DNA from: Asterias rubens
Lineage: Eukaryota
Assembly (NCBI RefSeq): GCF_902459465.1
Contig: NC_047080.1
Location: 10,478,001-10,542,000, forward strand
DNA: 64,000 nt
Reading direction: 5' to 3'
The position numbers and the translations under genes were made by a program. The notes under the pieces are model-generated. The model was not told the origin of the DNA. It did no database searches and saw only the letters and a program-made list of their open reading frames with translations. Of the stretch, positions 60,172 to 64,000 are shown in pieces. Numbering within the stretch: position 1 is the stretch's first letter; the number at the start of each line of letters is the position of its first letter.

Positions 60172-61061
60172 AAGCTAAACTGTTTTCAAACAAAACTCGA
60201 TAAGTGCCTTTGACTCATAGTACAGTACTCCTTTTTGTTTTGGAAAAGCGAGTCATAATTATCAAGAACTTATATATCTATCCTCAATAATACCATATTT
60301 TTGGAAACAGACATTTATTACCAAAAAACAAGTGCAATTTGTATGAATCGGAAAAACAAACAAATTATGAGCTACCAGTTTTGTATTTTTGGTGGTGGAT
60401 ATTTAGTCTTCGACACGTCTAACGCATGCTGACTACTGAAAAACAATGTACAGTTAAATTTACCGAGTCTTCAAATCATTAATATACAGCTAATTTAAAT
60501 ATGAATGGTAAGGTCTAATTTCAAGCTATTTGATTGGTTGGATGATATGCAAATTAGATTGTGAAACTGTTGTGTAAAATAATAGAAAGTTTTTGGTTTT
60601 TAAATCCAATTGGTTCTCACTAACAGGGTACACAACAAAATCGAAATCCTTTTTGAACATTTATGATTTACGCATGCTTCTTACTGAGTTTTCATATCTT
60701 TAAAATATCTATTAAAAAAAAACGGACCAGTGAATGTTAAATAATGTATTTATGAATGTTGTATATTTGCACATTTTAATTTCTGCAGAATTCGATGGTT
60801 ATAATGTCCAACAAGTTACACACAAAAAAAAAGAAGCAAAGTTTGAGACTGGACGTTTAAGCTTAATTTGGTTTTTAGAATAAATGTTTTTTGGTTCGTT
60901 TAATTTGCATGAAGAATTACATGCTACAAGGAAAGTAACATTAATTTTAATAGAACAAAACAATCCGAGAAATGAATCTTACTAGAATATGTCCACATTC
61001 AAATTAAAAAACAACTTAAGAGTGAAAAAACTTTAAACTTCACAGTTTATTCATGTTTAAC

Positions 61062-61447
61062 TTAAAGGCACCATGGAAACGTTTGGTAAATGTCAAAGAC
61101 TAGTATCCTCGCTCAGTGTTCCTTAACAAAATCCATTTACAAAAAAATAAGTGTTATGTGAAAATCGGGCTAAATTGGTCATCTAAGTTGCAAGAACATA
61201 ATGAAAGGAAAAACCATTTTGTTACATAACTTTGTGCTTTCACATGCATAATAAAAGGCTTCAGCTGAAGTTTTATTATTATTTTTTGAGTGAAAAATTA
61301 CCTCTTTCTCAAAAACTACGTTACTTCAGAGGGAGCCGTTTCTCACAATGGTTTATATTAGTAGCAGCTCTCCATTGGTCGTTACCAAGTAAGTTCTTAT
61401 GCTAATAATTATTTTGAGTAATTACAAACAGTGTCCAGTGCCTTTAA
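61062..61447 (+). mobile_element. MITE family K1 copy
   Basis: TTAA TSDs; abuts a K2 copy at the next TTAA. Confidence 0.85.
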
Positions 61448-61448
61448 C

Positions 61449-61794
61449 TTAAAGCCATTGGACACTTTCGGAACAATTTTTACAGGGTTTACAGAAGGTA
61501 ATGGTGAAAGACGTCTCTTGAAATATTATTCCATGAAATGCTTTACTTTTCGAGAAAACATTAAAACAATTATCAATTCTCGTTGTCGAGAATTACGGAT
61601 TTATTTTTAAAAACATATGTCATGACACGGCGAAACGTGCGGAAACAAGGGTGGGTTTTCCCGTTATTTTCTCCCGACTCCGATGACCAATTGAGCCTAA
61701 ACTTTCACAGGTTTGTTATTTTATATGTAAGTTGTGATACACGAAGTTAGGGCCTTGGACAATACTGTTTACCGAAAGTGTCCAATGGCTTTAA
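61449..61794 (+). mobile_element. MITE family K2 copy
   Basis: TTAA-AGCCATTGGACAC ... GTGTCCAATGGCT-TTAA. Confidence 0.85.
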
Positions 61795-61984
61795 ACAACG
61801 TTAAGTTTTCTGTTTATAGAGGCAATTTCTCCATGGGAAAAACACTCAGGCAGAAAGGTTCTCTGGCATTAGCTTCCAAGAAAGGGAAGGATTGCTTCGC
61901 GATAATGACAGAAAAATCAGACATCATGATGAGTGAAAAGTAATTATCCTAATGGAATGAAGGGTTCTGAATGAAAATGACATG

Positions 61985-62663
61985 TCTAGGTTTTGTGAAT
62001 GTTAAAACATCAACATGGTTTGAATATACTGAAAGAAGAGTAGTTACTTTGGGATGAATCTATACACTATTCACCAAGCTGAAATCCAATAGCAAAATCT
62101 ATGGGGTTTGGTGAATGTTCTTATAAAAAACATCAGCATGGTTCGAATACACAGGTAACGAAGGTGGTTACTTATTGGAATAAATATATTCACTCTTCAT
62201 CAAGCTGAAATCCAACAGCAAAACCTATGGGGTTTGGTGAATGTTCTTATAAAAAACATCAGCATGGTTTGAATGCACAGGTAACGAAGGTGGTTACTTA
62301 TTGGAATAAATATATTCACTCTTCATCAAGCTGAAATCCAACAGCAAAACCTATGGGGCTTGGTGAATGTTCTTATTACAACATCAACATGGTTTGAATA
62401 CACTGGTAACGAAGGGTGGTTACTATAATTATTGGAAAGAATGTTCCCTCTTTATCAAACTGAAATCAAACAGCTAAACCATTGAGACTCGAGTAAATGT
62501 ACTACAGTTGTCAAGTTTAATCCGTAGGTGGGTTTTGATGGATTCATGGATGAGGTTTTGGGCCATTTGTTATAGCTCGTGCGCACAGCTACCATTAGAC
62601 TTGATGGATTCTGGATGAGGTTTTGGGCCATTTGTTATAGCTCGTGCGCACAGCTACCATTAG
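61985..62663. repeat. ~125-bp tandem repeat (4 copies) followed by a ~62-bp duplication
   Basis: Unit anchors at 62008, 62131, 62257, 62382; duplicated block at 62537 and 62603. Confidence 0.85.
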
Positions 62664-64000
62664 GCTTTTTGGGATATGATGGACCCAACCTCGTCCCCAG
62701 GGTGTGTCCAGCGGTTACAAGGTTTACCGCTCTCTCACCCTGGTATTGGATCATTTGCATATCCAAAAATGTTGGATACGAATGCAAATTAAAATAGTCT
62801 GGCTACTTTTCGAAATTCACATATTCGTCATAATCTCGTAGTACGGTACCAGATTTGATATTGTTTGTACATTGTTGGTTGCCGGCGGCTGGCTGTACCT
62901 ATGAATATGGAACATTATTCTAATATTGTAAAGTCGTTGTCCAATCAGGGTCCAAGTAAGGAGTTTCCATCCCAGGGTTTACTATTGTAAACATAGTTGA
63001 AAATAAAGTAAACCATGGGTACGAGGTTGTGGTGGACCCTAAGGAGTGCACTGGTTTGGTTTGGGTGTATACAGAAAGATTTACCCAAATCCAATTGTGA
63101 CATAGTGCTGTGTCAACCATCTCAAATTGGCTCAAATAGAGCAGAGGTAAAAATTGTTCTGCAAGTACGAATGTCATTAGGTTGAAATTCCTGAACGTCA
63201 TTCATTTTCAGGGAAATGTTTTGAAGTAACATTAACTTTCGGCGTCAGTTAATCACAGTCATTTCCTAGAGATGATGAAAAACAAAAACAAACAGCATTA
63301 CTTGTACTTGGATTTTGTTTCTCCGAATAGCGGTTACACTTTGCGTTATTTCAATTTAACTGTCATGTTGATAGTTAATCATGGTCTCCATTAAAATGAG
63401 ACATGTATAGCTCACATGAACGACATGGTTTGGGCTGTTAGTGTTTCCAAGAATGTCTAGGTTTCTTGATCATGAAGACGTCATCACATTAATGCTTTAA
63501 AGTGAATGTTCAAAACAGAGGCCTGGAAATTCCGCGAAGGCTTATGTCATGGTCTATGATGGCTTCGTCTTGGCCTTAGTGGCCATTCAAAAATTAGGGC
63601 AATTACTGTCAGAGTTGTAAGTGTTTCCAAGAAGGCTTGCTCGTGATAACAAAGACGCCACCAAGGCTATACATGTGAAATACAGCGGCCTTGACATTCG
63701 GCTACGGATACCATGGCCTTGGTGCCCATTTAAAAATCCCCATTATACTTAAAGATGCTCCAATGGAAAGTGCCCTTTGCAAGATGAAAATGGCCTTGCC
63801 CCCTCAAAGATGAAATTCCTAGCCTGGAAAATGGCCTCGCCCTCTCAAAGATTCAGATGAGATAACACAACCAGGCACAATTTCAACAGCTCACTTGAGA
63901 ATAAATTTAGCGAGGTGTATATAATTATCAAATAATAACTCGCGATTCTTTCACAAATTATTTTTCAATTTCACGTTTCATTTTTTCTGGTGGTTCCTTC

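Overview
Eukaryotic, intron-rich genomic window, probably from an invertebrate deuterostome (a sea star is my inference from protein similarity and repeat families). Six spliced protein-coding genes can be reconstructed by hand with consistent GT-AG junctions and phases: DOLPP1 exon 1 (-; the rest lies left of the window), QTRT1 (+, 8 exons, ~400 aa), an NSMF/Jacob/NELF orthologue (+, 13 exons, ~400 aa), PRDX6 (-, 6 exons, 219 aa), a catalytically intact PLPP6/7-family phosphatase (-, 2 exons, 240 aa) and FAM78 (+, 2 exons split by an 18.2 kb intron, 266 aa). The non-coding DNA is crowded with TTAA-flanked Kolobok-like MITEs, other MITE families, tRNA-derived SINEs, an L2 3' end, Penelope-type fragments carrying hammerhead-like cores, many minisatellites and one 132-N gap. 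Main observations: (1) human homologues of all six genes lie on MHC-paralogon chromosomes, and the PLPP-FAM78 head-to-head pair mirrors human PLPP7-FAM78A; (2) three neighbouring genes each carry a tandem duplication of an exon-intron junction; (3) hammerhead-like motifs sit in NSMF introns, and the only sense copy has a broken core; (4) PRDX6 has Lys in place of the PLA2 serine; (5) FAM78 has candidate distal exons and a 357-codon in-frame open extension. No searches were run; homology calls come from recognised motifs and recalled human sequences.
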